Below, piece by piece: positions 9,477 through 19,750 of a DNA stretch of 47,569 nucleotides; positions within the stretch are counted from its first letter, which is position 1, and the number at the start of each line of letters is the position of its first letter. The notes below the pieces were generated by a model, which did no database searches, was not told where the DNA came from, and saw nothing but the letters and a program-made list of their open reading frames with translations. A program made the position numbers and the translations under genes. Source of the stretch: Gammaproteobacteria bacterium (GTDB taxonomy: Bacteria > Pseudomonadota > Gammaproteobacteria > UBA12402); assembly GCA_016930035.1 (NCBI GenBank), contig JAFGHQ010000096.1:1-47569 (forward strand), in the 5' to 3' direction.

Positions 9477-11879
9477 ATGATTATGTCCCCCAAAAACCAG
9501 ACCAAAAAAAATTTTATCGAAGAGCATTTGCTGGATAAAGAATTAGAGTTAACACTGAATTTAGCACTTCAAGATGCAAATCGTGATGGTTATCAATATT
9601 TTACCGTAGAACATTTAATATTAGCTTTATTGGATAATCCGACGGCCGCAGAGATTATTCGCGCTTGTATTTCTGAAGATGAAAGCCTCAGAGTTCAGCT
9701 GAAAAAGTTTATTCGCAAAAACATTCCTTTATTACCTCCAGGAGAATTTATTAAACCAACCTTAGGTGTACAACGTGTTTTACGTAATGCGGTCAAAAGG
9801 GCAGTTGAGCGAAATGCAATGAGGCATTTGACGACAGAAAGCGAAGAAGAAATTCAGCAGCGAGCGAATCGTGAAGAAATTTTATTGGATGGTGGTGCTG
9901 ATGGTGCTGATGTTTTGATTTCTGTTTTTGAAGAAATAGCAAGTCGAGGCGTGATGTTGTTGCAAAAAGCAGGAGTCACGGAAGAAAAAGTTTATAGTTA
10001 TTTTCAAGAAGATCATTTTATCGAAGAAAGAGGGGTACGCGCTATTTCTACAGGGCTTGGGGGCGCTTCTGTTGAAGGGGCCAGTACTGTTGAACCGGTT
10101 AGAGAGGCTCCTCCTAGAATGGCACGCCATGAAGCTTCTACCGAACTTGGGCGATATACTATTAACCTTAATGCAAAAGCAAAAGCAGGTCTTGTTGAGC
10201 CGGTTATAGGCCGGGATGATGAAATTTTACAGGTAATTCAAGTATTGAGCCGTCGTCGTAAAAATAATCCTTTATTAGTAGGTGACCCAGGTGTGGGTAA
10301 AACTGCTATAGCAGAAGGGTTAGCCCAATTAATTATTGAACGGAAAGTTCCCAGACATTTATTGCACAATACTATTTATTCACTCGACGTTGGTGCGCTA
10401 CTCGCTGGGACAAAAATGCGGGGTGAATTTGAGGAGCGCATGACCAAAATTTTAGATGAATTAGCGCAAAATCCCCACGCTATTTTATTTATTGATGAAA
10501 TACATACCATTATTGGAGCGGGAGCGGCTTCAGGCGGTTCTTTAGATATATCCAATTTAATCAAACCCATGTTGGCCTCAGGTGAGCTTAAATGCATAGG
10601 AGCCACCACTTATGAAGAATATCGAACAATTTTTGAAAAGGAAAAAGCGCTCGCCAGACGATTTCAAAAAATTGATGTATCAGAAACTTCAGTGGAACAA
10701 ACAATACAAATACTGCAAGGTGTCAGACGTCGGTTTGAGAAACATCATACCGTGCAATATCTTGACGACGCATTGACGGCAGCCGTTGAATTGTCTAAAC
10801 GGTATATGATGGATCGTTTTCTGCCAGATAAAGCTATTGACATTATCGACGAAGCAGGGGCCTTACATGCGATGTTGCCTGAACCGAAGCGTTCACAACC
10901 GATTGATGCTGATGAGATAGCCTCGGTCATAGCGAAAATTGTTAAAGTTCCTGTCAAAACGTTATCGCGTTCTGATAAATTGATGTTGGCGAGTTTAGAA
11001 GACGATTTAAAAGCCGTGATCTTCGGGCAAGATCAAGCTATTTCCGCTTTAGTTTCAGCGATTAAATTAGCACGTTCCGGTCTGCGCGCAGAGAATAAAC
11101 CGGTGGGTTCATTTTTATTGGCAGGTCCGACAGGAGTGGGCAAGACGGAAGTCACCAAACAATTGTCGGATATTACCGGCATGAAATTGCTGCGTTTTGA
11201 TATGTCGGAATATGCTGAAAAACATACCGTTGCAAGACTCATCGGAGCTCCCCCCGGATACGTTGGATACGAAAAAGGGGGATTATTAACTGATCAGGTC
11301 AATCAATATCCGTATTCCGTTGTTTTGTTAGATGAAATCGAAAAAGCGCATCCGGATATTTATAATTTGCTGCTTCAAGTCATGGATAACGGATTTTTAA
11401 CGGATAGTTTAGGTCGTCATGTGGATTTTCGCCATGCGATACTGATTATGACGACTAATGTAGGTGCGGGCGTTGAGTCTCGAAGAGCAGTCGGGTTTAC
11501 CGCAGAACGAGACACACAAAAAGAAAAAATGGCCGCGATTGGTGAAGTATTTACGCCCGAATTTCGAAATCGACTCGATGCGATTATTCAATTTAAACCG
11601 TTAAGCAAAGAAGTTGTGCAGATGGTTGTCGACAAGCAAATCAAGTTACTTCAAGAGCAGTTAGCCAAACAGAATGTGGTTTTGGAAGTTGATGAAACAG
11701 CACGAATTTGGTTTGCTGAAAACGGATATGATCCTGCTATGGGTGCACGACCCATGGAACGCCTTATTCAGGATAACTTAAAAAAACCGCTTGCTGATGA
11801 ATTGCTATTTGGACGTTTATCAAAAGGCGGAAAGGTTAAAATTTCCGTTAAAGGAGACCAATTGGAATTATCAATGTAA
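9477..11879 (+). CDS. clpA: ATP-dependent Clp protease ATP-binding subunit ClpA
   Basis: [43 protein letters not shown]. Confidence 0.93.
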   Translation: MIMSPKNQTKKNFIEEHLLDKELELTLNLALQDANRDGYQYFTVEHLILALLDNPTAAEIIRACISEDESLRVQLKKFIRKNIPLLPPGEFIKPTLGVQRVLRNAVKRAVERNAMRHLTTESEEEIQQRANREEILLDGGADGADVLISVFEEIASRGVMLLQKAGVTEEKVYSYFQEDHFIEERGVRAISTGLGGASVEGASTVEPVREAPPRMARHEASTELGRYTINLNAKAKAGLVEPVIGRDDEILQVIQVLSRRRKNNPLLVGDPGVGKTAIAEGLAQLIIERKVPRHLLHNTIYSLDVGALLAGTKMRGEFEERMTKILDELAQNPHAILFIDEIHTIIGAGAASGGSLDISNLIKPMLASGELKCIGATTYEEYRTIFEKEKALARRFQKIDVSETSVEQTIQILQGVRRRFEKHHTVQYLDDALTAAVELSKRYMMDRFLPDKAIDIIDEAGALHAMLPEPKRSQPIDADEIASVIAKIVKVPVKTLSRSDKLMLASLEDDLKAVIFGQDQAISALVSAIKLARSGLRAENKPVGSFLLAGPTGVGKTEVTKQLSDITGMKLLRFDMSEYAEKHTVARLIGAPPGYVGYEKGGLLTDQVNQYPYSVVLLDEIEKAHPDIYNLLLQVMDNGFLTDSLGRHVDFRHAILIMTTNVGAGVESRRAVGFTAERDTQKEKMAAIGEVFTPEFRNRLDAIIQFKPLSKEVVQMVVDKQIKLLQEQLAKQNVVLEVDETARIWFAENGYDPAMGARPMERLIQDNLKKPLADELLFGRLSKGGKVKISVKGDQLELSM

Positions 11880-11882
11880 ATT

Positions 11883-11914
11883 GTAGGGGTGAGTCGTGAC
11901 CCGTCCATCCTTAC
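11883..11914. repeat. Degenerate GTAG-type palindrome between convergent clpA and infA
   Basis: gtaggggtgagtcgtgacccgtccatccttac; shares the ccttacgattttt tail with the 2298 copy. Confidence 0.65.
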
Positions 11915-11920
11915 GATTTT

Positions 11921-12187
11921 TTATTCTGCGGGCGCTTCTGGTTTTTCTTCGCCATAGTTTTCTGGTTTGGTTTTATATCGAAATGACACACGTCCCTTGG
12001 TTAGGTCGTAAGGGGATAATTCCACTTTGACATAATCACCTTTAACGATTCGAATGTAATTTTTGCGCATACGCCCTGAAATATGGGCGAGCACCTCATG
12101 ACCATTTTCTAATTTTACGCGAAATGTTGTATTAGGTAGCGTATCTGTTACTACGCCATCCATTTCTATATGATCGCCTTTTGGCAT
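11921..12187 (-). CDS. infA: Translation initiation factor IF-1
   Basis: [36 protein letters not shown]. Confidence 0.97.
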   Translation of the reverse strand: MPKGDHIEMDGVVTDTLPNTTFRVKLENGHEVLAHISGRMRKNYIRIVKGDYVKVELSPYDLTKGRVSFRYKTKPENYGEEKPEAPAE

Positions 12188-12255
12188 AAAAAACCTCAGA
12201 AAATATAAAATAGTAGATGAATTCTAGCAGGGAAATCTCCTGTTGTCTAAGTCGT

Positions 12256-12292
12256 GATGTAACCTTTGGTGTCAGACACCAAAAGTTACATC
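12256..12292. repeat. 37-bp palindrome supplying the C-terminus and stop of the PAP2 gene
   Basis: gatgtaacctttggtgtcagacaccaaaagttacatc; minus strand reads DVTFGV*. Confidence 0.9.
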
Positions 12293-12937
12293 TATTGTAC
12301 GTTTTGTACACAGGGCTGTTACGGTACCTATGAAACTACCGGTGATTATGTCGCTTAAGAAGTGATAATCCAAAAAGAGCAGAGCAAAGGCCATGAATAA
12401 GATTATAAAGATCCAAAGCCAGCGAAGTTTGGGCAAAAAAATGATGAGAGGAATCATGGCGGCACAGATGACGGTCATGTGGCCTGAGGGGAAAGATGAA
12501 TAAGCTTGCGAACCATGAAACCAATGAAAACCATAAGCATGATCATGAATAAGAGATAGATTATGATGATACCAGGTTTTTGGCCAGTCGCGCCCGCAAT
12601 CATGTTTTAACGCATCGGTAAAAGCATTTGCAATGATGATAGAAAGGCTATAAACCAACAGTCCCGGTTTGAAGTTTGGAAATTTTAGGAATGCTGTTTC
12701 CTGTTGGATAAAAAAATAAACCATAATGCCGATCAAAGACGAGACGTAAATATAAGGTTTTATGTTGGTGAACAAAATAAGAAGATAATTAAACGGTAGT
12801 TGGATTCGGTTGACAAAAAAAGCGATCGGTTTATCCAGAAAATAGTAACTGAATGTAACAAGAAGTATGGTAGCAATAAAACTGATTAAAAGAATTTTAT
12901 AAAAGTTCAAGTTCGGTTTTTTTGTATTATTAATCAT
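12272..12937 (-). CDS. PAP2-family membrane phosphatase
   Basis: K....GRDWP, SFPSGH, HFLSDI; multiple hydrophobic segments. Confidence 0.85.
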   Translation of the reverse strand: MINNTKKPNLNFYKILLISFIATILLVTFSYYFLDKPIAFFVNRIQLPFNYLLILFTNIKPYIYVSSLIGIMVYFFIQQETAFLKFPNFKPGLLVYSLSIIIANAFTDALKHDCGRDWPKTWYHHNLSLIHDHAYGFHWFHGSQAYSSFPSGHMTVICAAMIPLIIFLPKLRWLWIFIILFMAFALLFLDYHFLSDIITGSFIGTVTALCTKRTIDVTFGV

Positions 12938-14045
12938 AATGATACCTTTTAGCGTCAATCGCTCCACCACCTAAGCAAATTTCGCCGTCATAAAAAACTA
13001 CAAATTGGCCCGGTGTAATGGCGCGTTGGGGGTTTTTGAATGTCACTAGCAAAGACAAGTCACGATTTGTCTTTACCGATTGCATTGATATTGTACATTC
13101 TTGGTCCTTTTGACGATAACGTATTTTTGCTGTGCATAGAAATGGTAAGGGTGGGGCATTGCCGCTAATCCACGATAAATGTTTGGCAGTCAGCTGAGGT
13201 GAAAAAAGTTTTGGGTGATCGTGTCCTTGCCCAACCATGAGTACATTCCGGTTTAAATCTTTTTCAAGCACATACCAAGGAGCTTCAATAGCATTCTTTT
13301 TGCCACCAATACCTAGCCCTTGACGCTGGCCAATCGTATAAAACATTAAACCGTCATGTTTGCCAATGATTTTGCCTTGTTCGGTCTCAATATTCCCCGG
13401 TTGAGCAGGCAAATAATGTTCTAGAAAGGTTTTAAATTTCCGCTCACCAATAAAACAAATCCCTGTACTATCTTTTTTTGCCCAATTTTGAAATTCATGT
13501 TCTTTGGCGATGCGGCGTACCTCGGTTTTCGTGAGATTACCTACGGGGAATAAGGCTTTACTGAGTTGATATTGATTCAAGCCATGCAAGAAATAACTTT
13601 GATCTTTGTCGGCATCCATCCCTTTCAAGAGTTGAAATTCGGTTTCTTTTTTTCGGCAGCGCACAAAATGGCCTGTCGCGATAAAGTCAGCCCCAAGTGC
13701 TAAAGCATGGTCTAAAAAAGCTTTGAATTTAATTTGCGTGTTGCATAAAACATCCGGGTTGGGCGTTGCGCCTGATTGGTAGGTATCTAAAAAATAAGTA
13801 AAAACGTTGTCCCAGTACTCGCGCGAAAAATTGACGGTATGTAGCCGAATTCCCAGTTTTAAGCAAATGGTTTGAGCATCTAATAAATCTTGATCGGCTG
13901 AGCAGTTGCTGGGTTCGCCTTCATCTTCTTCCCAATTTTTCATAAACAGCCCTTCAACAGCGTAGCCTTGCTGTTTAAGAAGAAGGGCAGCGACGGAGGA
14001 GTCCACCCCGCCTGACATCCCGACAATGACGCGTTTTGAGTTCAT
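12930..14045 (-). CDS. mnmA: tRNA 2-thiouridine(34) synthase
   Basis: [48 protein letters not shown]. Confidence 0.97.
   Translation of the reverse strand: MNSKRVIVGMSGGVDSSVAALLLKQQGYAVEGLFMKNWEEDEGEPSNCSADQDLLDAQTICLKLGIRLHTVNFSREYWDNVFTYFLDTYQSGATPNPDVLCNTQIKFKAFLDHALALGADFIATGHFVRCRKKETEFQLLKGMDADKDQSYFLHGLNQYQLSKALFPVGNLTKTEVRRIAKEHEFQNWAKKDSTGICFIGERKFKTFLEHYLPAQPGNIETEQGKIIGKHDGLMFYTIGQRQGLGIGGKKNAIEAPWYVLEKDLNRNVLMVGQGHDHPKLFSPQLTAKHLSWISGNAPPLPFLCTAKIRYRQKDQECTISMQSVKTNRDLSLLVTFKNPQRAITPGQFVVFYDGEICLGGGAIDAKRYHYD
13049..13076. repeat. GTAG-type palindrome in frame inside mnmA
   Basis: Minus strand gtaaagacaaatcgtgacttgtctttgc = VKTNRDLSL; resembles 38067-38094. Confidence 0.7.
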
Positions 14046-14084
14046 AACAAACCTTGTGTATTTATAGCATAAATAAGATGTATC

Positions 14085-14190
14085 CGTCATTCTGCTGGGA
14101 AGCCAGAATCTAGTTGACAGGGACGTTAAAATTAAATATTCCTGAATTTCTAGAATGACAAAGATTGGATTCTAGATCAAGCTCAGAAAA
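14085..14190. repeat. Degenerate CGTC-type composite repeat
   Basis: Aligns with 5993-6056 including the spacer agttgacagggaygttaaa. Confidence 0.75.
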
Positions 14191-14220
14191 TGATTAATGT
14201 TCAGATTTCAACAGCTCCTT

Positions 14221-15783
14221 TTAATGAGGTGCTCCTAAATGTAGACGAGGTTCCGTAGGCGTAATCCCTAATTGTTTAAAATATTTTTGAGTATCCGCCG
14301 GTAATCGAGCATGTTTAATAGCATATAAAATTTTTTCAGTCATTGCTTTTTGCGCGGAAAGTTTTTGTAAATGAACCGTTTCTAATTTTACATCGGATTT
14401 TAAGCTCGCGATGCCAAATGGGTCTTCTGTGATGAGATGATGAGGCAATGTCATGCTGGCGACGTAGACGGTAATCACACTTAAAAAAGCAGCATTAATA
14501 TCAGATTCCCATGAACGTTTTTTTTGGTCAGCATAGTGTAAAAAGTTTTGAATAGCTTTTTGACATTGTGCTTCATTAAACTCAAGATTGAGCCGTTCGA
14601 TAACAGCTTTGATCATGAGTTCTGCATCGAGCAGCAATAATTCGAATTCTTTGGAAGGGGTGGGAGGTGCAGTTTCTTCCGGCATTTTAGATTCTTTTTC
14701 CCAAAGTGATGCTTCAAATTTTGATTCTAAAATCAAAGCATCAAAACCACTGGTCATCAGCTGATTGATAAAATGGATAAACAATTCGTAAGCAACAAAA
14801 GCGTGCAATACTCCCTTCCCGATGTATTCAAAAAATTCTATTTTATCGAGCATTTTTGATTTTTTTGCATAAAAGAGTTTTTTATGAATAAAAAGATCAA
14901 AAATAGTATTACTCAGTTCAAAATGAATAATCGCTTCATCATATATTTTTCCCGTTTCATGGGCATCATTCATTAGTTTGGTTTCAATGCTTTTAGCTAT
15001 TTTATGAGAAAAATCCATAAGGATTTTATTAAAATCTATTATATATTGAGCATATTTCTCAAAACTTTTTTTCAGCACGTCTTTTTTATGATTTTCCATT
15101 ATTGTAACTTGAAATTTTTTAGAAAAATTTTGTATCCAGGCAGCTTTAATGCTTTGGTCACTATGATCAATATTGCCTTGATAGGATAACTGGAAATTGG
15201 CGGCATCCATAGTGCGTTGTTGGCGTTCTAAGGGCGCAATATAAAGTGATAGTAACTGAACAGCGCGCGCGTGCTTTTTATTTTTTGTGGATTGTTTGAG
15301 CTGTAAAGCAAATTTTCGAATAATATTTTGTACAGCATCAATTTTGGCCATTAAATATTTTTTTTGAAAATCATCTAAGATTAAACAATAAGCTAACTGA
15401 TCCACATCATCCAAAGAACACTGAAAATGCATATATTTTTCGATCAGAGCTGTAGGAAGCGATACATCGCGATCGGGTTTTGAAAAATTGGTTTTTAAAA
15501 ATTCAAAAATTTGATGCGTTTCATTTTTGTGAGTACGCGTTAATTGTTGAAAAGCGTCAGGAGAAACGTGATCTATAACCTTTTCAAGTAGTCTCTTCTC
15601 GGTGAATTTTAATTCAATAGGAATGTGTTGAGTATCCAACAAGATTTTTAGCCATTCGATCTCGATAAAAATTCGGTAATAAAAAAGACCATATTCCGAA
15701 AATAACGTTCGCAATGGCGATAGAATATCGGCATAAAGACTATCAAAAGTAGATAACGCAGTTGTTTCGTTTAAATAAATCAT
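14221..15783 (-). CDS. Adenylosuccinate-lyase-like protein lacking catalytic motifs, with extra C-terminal domain
   Basis: N-terminal ~340 aa align by eye with PurB at 22347-23717; no RTHGQ or SSTMPHK. Confidence 0.75.
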   Translation of the reverse strand: MIYLNETTALSTFDSLYADILSPLRTLFSEYGLFYYRIFIEIEWLKILLDTQHIPIELKFTEKRLLEKVIDHVSPDAFQQLTRTHKNETHQIFEFLKTNFSKPDRDVSLPTALIEKYMHFQCSLDDVDQLAYCLILDDFQKKYLMAKIDAVQNIIRKFALQLKQSTKNKKHARAVQLLSLYIAPLERQQRTMDAANFQLSYQGNIDHSDQSIKAAWIQNFSKKFQVTIMENHKKDVLKKSFEKYAQYIIDFNKILMDFSHKIAKSIETKLMNDAHETGKIYDEAIIHFELSNTIFDLFIHKKLFYAKKSKMLDKIEFFEYIGKGVLHAFVAYELFIHFINQLMTSGFDALILESKFEASLWEKESKMPEETAPPTPSKEFELLLLDAELMIKAVIERLNLEFNEAQCQKAIQNFLHYADQKKRSWESDINAAFLSVITVYVASMTLPHHLITEDPFGIASLKSDVKLETVHLQKLSAQKAMTEKILYAIKHARLPADTQKYFKQLGITPTEPRLHLGAPH

Positions 15784-15797
15784 TTTTTTTGAATTCA

Positions 15798-15834
15798 GAT
15801 GCAACTTTTGGTGTCAGACACCAAAAGTTACATT
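15798..15834. repeat. 37-bp palindrome
   Basis: gatgcaacttttggtgtcagacaccaaaagttacatt. Confidence 0.9.
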
Positions 15835-15841
15835 AAACTGT

Positions 15842-16711
15842 TTACCTCCTAATATTTTTCTTAATTTGATGGCCTAAATCTTCTATCAAATAAGTAATAA
15901 AACCCCATAAATTTTCTTGTTCTAAGCTTTCATTGACTTGTTTCGTCGATAAAAAGCGGCACATTTCTTTTTTAAATTCTGTAGCCATTTTAGGATTTTT
16001 TTTAAGTAATTGTGCTCGCGTATCAAATAAATTTAAAAAAGAATCTGTTGTATGATGTCGATCTTTGAGCTTGTTAGGGATTAATTCTAATCTTGGTTTC
16101 AGTCCTTGTCCGTGCAACCACATTATATCCCACAGATCGCGGTATTTAATTCGATTCTGCCGGAACGAAAAAGCGATTAGCTTATCTGTATAAATTTCCT
16201 CACGGCTTTGTGCTTGTATAATGAGGCCACTGGTACCCATATCCACGCCATAAGGGTTAAGTAGCATCATGGGGCGTTTTTCATAGGAAGGTAATGCACA
16301 AATATCAATATTAATACGTTGAGCAGGCAAATGTTTAGCCTCAGGCCGGGTTTCTATTTTCACTTTCCATGTATCGATGTTTTGTTTATCTCTTATAGGT
16401 TCACTCACAGCTACTTGAAGCTCATATTTATCTTGCAGATTTTTGGTCAATTTCTGTCCCATAAAGGATAAATTATCTCGTGAAAAATCATTGCCCCCAG
16501 TAAAATCCAAATTTTCACTTAACCTTACGCCTCCGTAACAGCAACGGAGACATGATCCTCCTATAAAAGTAAGATGAGAAGTTAAATTAAGGTCTCTCAT
16601 AACTCTCAGTATATCGTGGTGTAACAACTCCTTCTCAACAACTACTCTTAGAGGGGATAAGTTTGGTTGATTTTTTAAAGCCTCTGTTACTAATTGATCA
16701 AATAAATTCAT
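15842..16711 (-). CDS. abiEii: AbiEii-family nucleotidyltransferase toxin (type IV TA)
   Basis: FIGGSCLR..YG..RLSENLDF, DKLIA, RDLWD. Confidence 0.85.
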   Translation of the reverse strand: MNLFDQLVTEALKNQPNLSPLRVVVEKELLHHDILRVMRDLNLTSHLTFIGGSCLRCCYGGVRLSENLDFTGGNDFSRDNLSFMGQKLTKNLQDKYELQVAVSEPIRDKQNIDTWKVKIETRPEAKHLPAQRINIDICALPSYEKRPMMLLNPYGVDMGTSGLIIQAQSREEIYTDKLIAFSFRQNRIKYRDLWDIMWLHGQGLKPRLELIPNKLKDRHHTTDSFLNLFDTRAQLLKKNPKMATEFKKEMCRFLSTKQVNESLEQENLWGFITYLIEDLGHQIKKNIRR

Positions 16712-17246
16712 TTGCAATATCCCAATCTATTAAATCACAATTTCTATGAGTTCTTTTCATATCACTCAAAGCGAGTTTTACACTGGCACGCCATAATCTG
16801 CAATTAGCGTCATAGGAGAGCTGATCCATGATATCTGTTGGCCTGCGGTTGGTATGAATAAATTCTATCGTACCAAACTTGCCGCAAGATACTACGTTAC
16901 TTCGCCCAGATGACATAATTGAAATCCAATGCATAGGTATCTGGGAAATCACTCCCGCATCACTTAAAACTGTCTCAAGGCTGATATAGTTAAATGCGTT
17001 ACTACGCAAGTGGTTTGCAGCATGGAATAACAACAATCCATTTGAACCGATGGTCTTTCCATAAACATAAAGTCCTCGACATACTCGTTCTAAGCATTTG
17101 GTGCGTACAACCCGGGAAAGTAGTGTTTTAAAAGCCGCATCGGACGAATAAGGATAAAGGGCTCGTAAATCTTGAAATGAGAACAAATAATGCTCACTGG
17201 TGGCATTTTGCTGGAGCCAATTGCATAAAGATTTCGTTGGTTGCAT
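16698..17246 (-). CDS. abiEi: AbiEi-family antitoxin
   Basis: N-terminal wHTH-like region with RVCRGLY, YISLETVLSDAGVISQIP; overlaps the toxin start. Confidence 0.85.
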   Translation of the reverse strand: MQPTKSLCNWLQQNATSEHYLFSFQDLRALYPYSSDAAFKTLLSRVVRTKCLERVCRGLYVYGKTIGSNGLLLFHAANHLRSNAFNYISLETVLSDAGVISQIPMHWISIMSSGRSNVVSCGKFGTIEFIHTNRRPTDIMDQLSYDANCRLWRASVKLALSDMKRTHRNCDLIDWDIANEFI

Positions 17247-17257
17247 TAAATGATAAC

Positions 17258-17294
17258 TCTACATTAGGTTTCAATTAGTGTAACCTAATGTAGA
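17258..17294. promoter_or_regulatory. Inverted repeat, probable AbiEi operator
   Basis: tctacattaggtt-N11-aacctaatgtaga, about 11 bp upstream of the abiEi start. Confidence 0.7.
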
Positions 17295-17356
17295 CATAAA
17301 TGCAAGCCAAATCTAGATAGAGTTAGCAATTCACGTGTGTAACGTGGGAATTGCTA

Positions 17357-17373
17357 GTGTCAGACACCAAAGG
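17357..17373. repeat. Partial 37-bp palindrome
   Basis: gtgtcagacaccaaagg. Confidence 0.7.
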
Positions 17374-17623
17374 CTCGTTAACGTGTTCAATATCCTATTT
17401 TGCAGAGGCCTCAATCGTTACACATCGTCAATATAAGCATTTTATAACAAGAAAATGAGTATTAGATACCCATTTTTTTTTTTAATTTTTCGACTATTGT
17501 ATTCATTGAACAAATTTTCAGCAAGTTCAAGCCAAATGACATTTGGTTTTGGGCGGCTGCTCAACTTTTAGTTACCAAGAGAAAGGTAGCTTTGATCTTT
17601 AATCTTTAAGAGGGTAAATAATT

Positions 17624-19681
17624 ATGGCATTTGATTTAACAAAGAAAAAAGAAGAAAAAACAAAATCCAAAATAAGGGAGTTGAAAAATATCTATGTAGA
17701 TTTAGATAGAGCTTCGGAAAAGGAAAGTGTTAAAAAGTTAATGGAAAATTTAGGGACGAAAAAATTACCTTTTGAGAAAAATGATTTATGGTTTGGAGAT
17801 ATGCATGGCAATGTTAAACGGCTTTTATGGTTGCTGTTCTCAATAGAAGGTTTTATCCCAGCAGACATAAACCCAGAGCTATTTGGAGAAGATTTAAAAA
17901 TAGTATGGGAAATTCTAGATAAGCCTTGGGACAAGTTAACAATAGAAGATTTAGCAATGGTGAGCGAATTTTTCAAAAACTCAATTAATCGGGATTTTAA
18001 TAGCGAAATAAATTTTCTAGGAGATGTGTTGGGTGACCGGGGATGGAATTATAAAAAACGAGCAGAAGATAGAGAAAGTAGTGGTGGAATAGAGAGGTTT
18101 AAAGTTGGCAATGATATATTTTCATTCTTATTATTAGAAAGTTTAAGTCAGTCAGGCAAATTGGGCAGTTTTATTATGGGTAATCATGAATCAGCTATTC
18201 TATTTTTGTTATGGACTATGAAAAATTTAGAAAAAAAGGAATTTAATGAGCTCTGGTCAAAAGGTGGACTTTCTTCGGGTATCGGTGAAATTGACAGCGC
18301 TCAATTCCTGACTGGAATAAATTTCGCTAAATTATTTTTAGAACTTGGTTGTTTATATGAGGAAAAAGAAGCATGGGGAAATAGAATTTTTAAGTTTTTA
18401 AAGGAACATGGACGATTTTCGGATCAACGTATGTACTTTGATGATGAAACAGGATCCTTGAGATTGACTCATGGGCAACATACCCCATTTTCCAGTGGCG
18501 AAAGGTTACGATCTCCATTGAAGTCTACCATGTTTGATAGCAGGATGCTTTCTAAAAGTATTCGTGGTGTATTTCAACGCGATAAGAATTTCGAAGCTTT
18601 TCTTGAAGAAATGTCTCGCTGGCCACTTGAAAAATTTCATAGCAATTTTACTCCTCGTGTCGAGGATTCCTGGGGGGGGTGTTTCTCGCTGAGGAAAAAA
18701 CCAAAAGAGAAAAAAGATAACATATCACCCCTGGCCTATTTTTTATGGTTTGGAACTCCTAACATTAAAGAATGTAAAGATGTTACGTTTTCTCAGCCTT
18801 TTTTTGGCAGTACAGCTGAGATTTGTTTTAAATGTATGTTCAAAGATACCTTTTGGCTTTCAGCACATGTTGGTGAATCTTATTTTCGTATTACAGAAGA
18901 CAAAACAGATAGCACAAGAGCAATACGTATCGGTTTAGATGTCCCGATTGGGAAATTGGGAGGTGTTCAGGAAGTAGGGAAAATACCATCTTTCGTTATA
19001 GATGGGGCAAAACGAGTTAAAGAAGAGAGACTAAATCAATTTATAGAGTTTTTTGATAGGTTAAATCGTTATTTAAGTACTTTTAAAGAAGAAATTGGAA
19101 AAGCAACATATGGAACTTCTGGTGAATACAAAGAATTATTAGATAAAACTTTGCAAACCATCCGTGAAAGAGCAAGTAAAACTTTGGTTGAAATTTTTCC
19201 AGAATTGGACGTGAAAAGGATCATAACTAATCTTTTAAGAGCGTTAAAAGAGCACCTCTTAAATATGATTGAGGAGAGGGTCAGAAAAGAAAAAAAATCT
19301 TCGGAGAAGAAGGAGATATTAGGGTGGATATCGAGAGAACAGCATGAAGAAAGAAAGCAAAGAAATCCTTCTTTTTGGGCAAAAAAAGGAACCGAGAAAA
19401 GAGAAATTAAAACAATCGTTACTGCAGAAAGAGCATCTGAATTTTGGAAAAAAGCACTAGCAGCGCAAGAAGGAACCGAGGAAAGCGAAATTAAAAGGAT
19501 CGTTACTGAAGAAAAAGCATCAAAAGCATCTGAATTTTTGGAAGAAGCACCAGTTGAATTTTTGGAAGAAGCACCAGTAGCGGAGGCAGAAGACGAGGGG
19601 GAAATGGAGGAAACGGAGGAGACAATTGAAACAGAAACTGAAGAAGAGTTCGATACGACAAAAAGACTCTTGTTCCATTAA
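17624..19681 (+). CDS. PPP/calcineurin-like metallophosphoesterase domain protein, candidate secreted effector
   Basis: GDMHGN, GDVLGDRG, GNHE, THG motifs; Glu-rich C-terminus. Confidence 0.75.
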   Translation: MAFDLTKKKEEKTKSKIRELKNIYVDLDRASEKESVKKLMENLGTKKLPFEKNDLWFGDMHGNVKRLLWLLFSIEGFIPADINPELFGEDLKIVWEILDKPWDKLTIEDLAMVSEFFKNSINRDFNSEINFLGDVLGDRGWNYKKRAEDRESSGGIERFKVGNDIFSFLLLESLSQSGKLGSFIMGNHESAILFLLWTMKNLEKKEFNELWSKGGLSSGIGEIDSAQFLTGINFAKLFLELGCLYEEKEAWGNRIFKFLKEHGRFSDQRMYFDDETGSLRLTHGQHTPFSSGERLRSPLKSTMFDSRMLSKSIRGVFQRDKNFEAFLEEMSRWPLEKFHSNFTPRVEDSWGGCFSLRKKPKEKKDNISPLAYFLWFGTPNIKECKDVTFSQPFFGSTAEICFKCMFKDTFWLSAHVGESYFRITEDKTDSTRAIRIGLDVPIGKLGGVQEVGKIPSFVIDGAKRVKEERLNQFIEFFDRLNRYLSTFKEEIGKATYGTSGEYKELLDKTLQTIRERASKTLVEIFPELDVKRIITNLLRALKEHLLNMIEERVRKEKKSSEKKEILGWISREQHEERKQRNPSFWAKKGTEKREIKTIVTAERASEFWKKALAAQEGTEESEIKRIVTEEKASKASEFLEEAPVEFLEEAPVAEAEDEGEMEETEETIETETEEEFDTTKRLLFH

Positions 19682-19750
19682 TTGACAGTGATTTTAGGCT
19701 AATTTTAGTGCTTGCCCGAAACTGATGTGAATTAGTATTAAGGCTCGTTT

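Noticed and set aside
17440-17623. PmrA box upstream of the phosphatase gene
   Set aside because: The TTAA half-sites (ctttaatctttaag) have 7-bp rather than 11-bp periodicity
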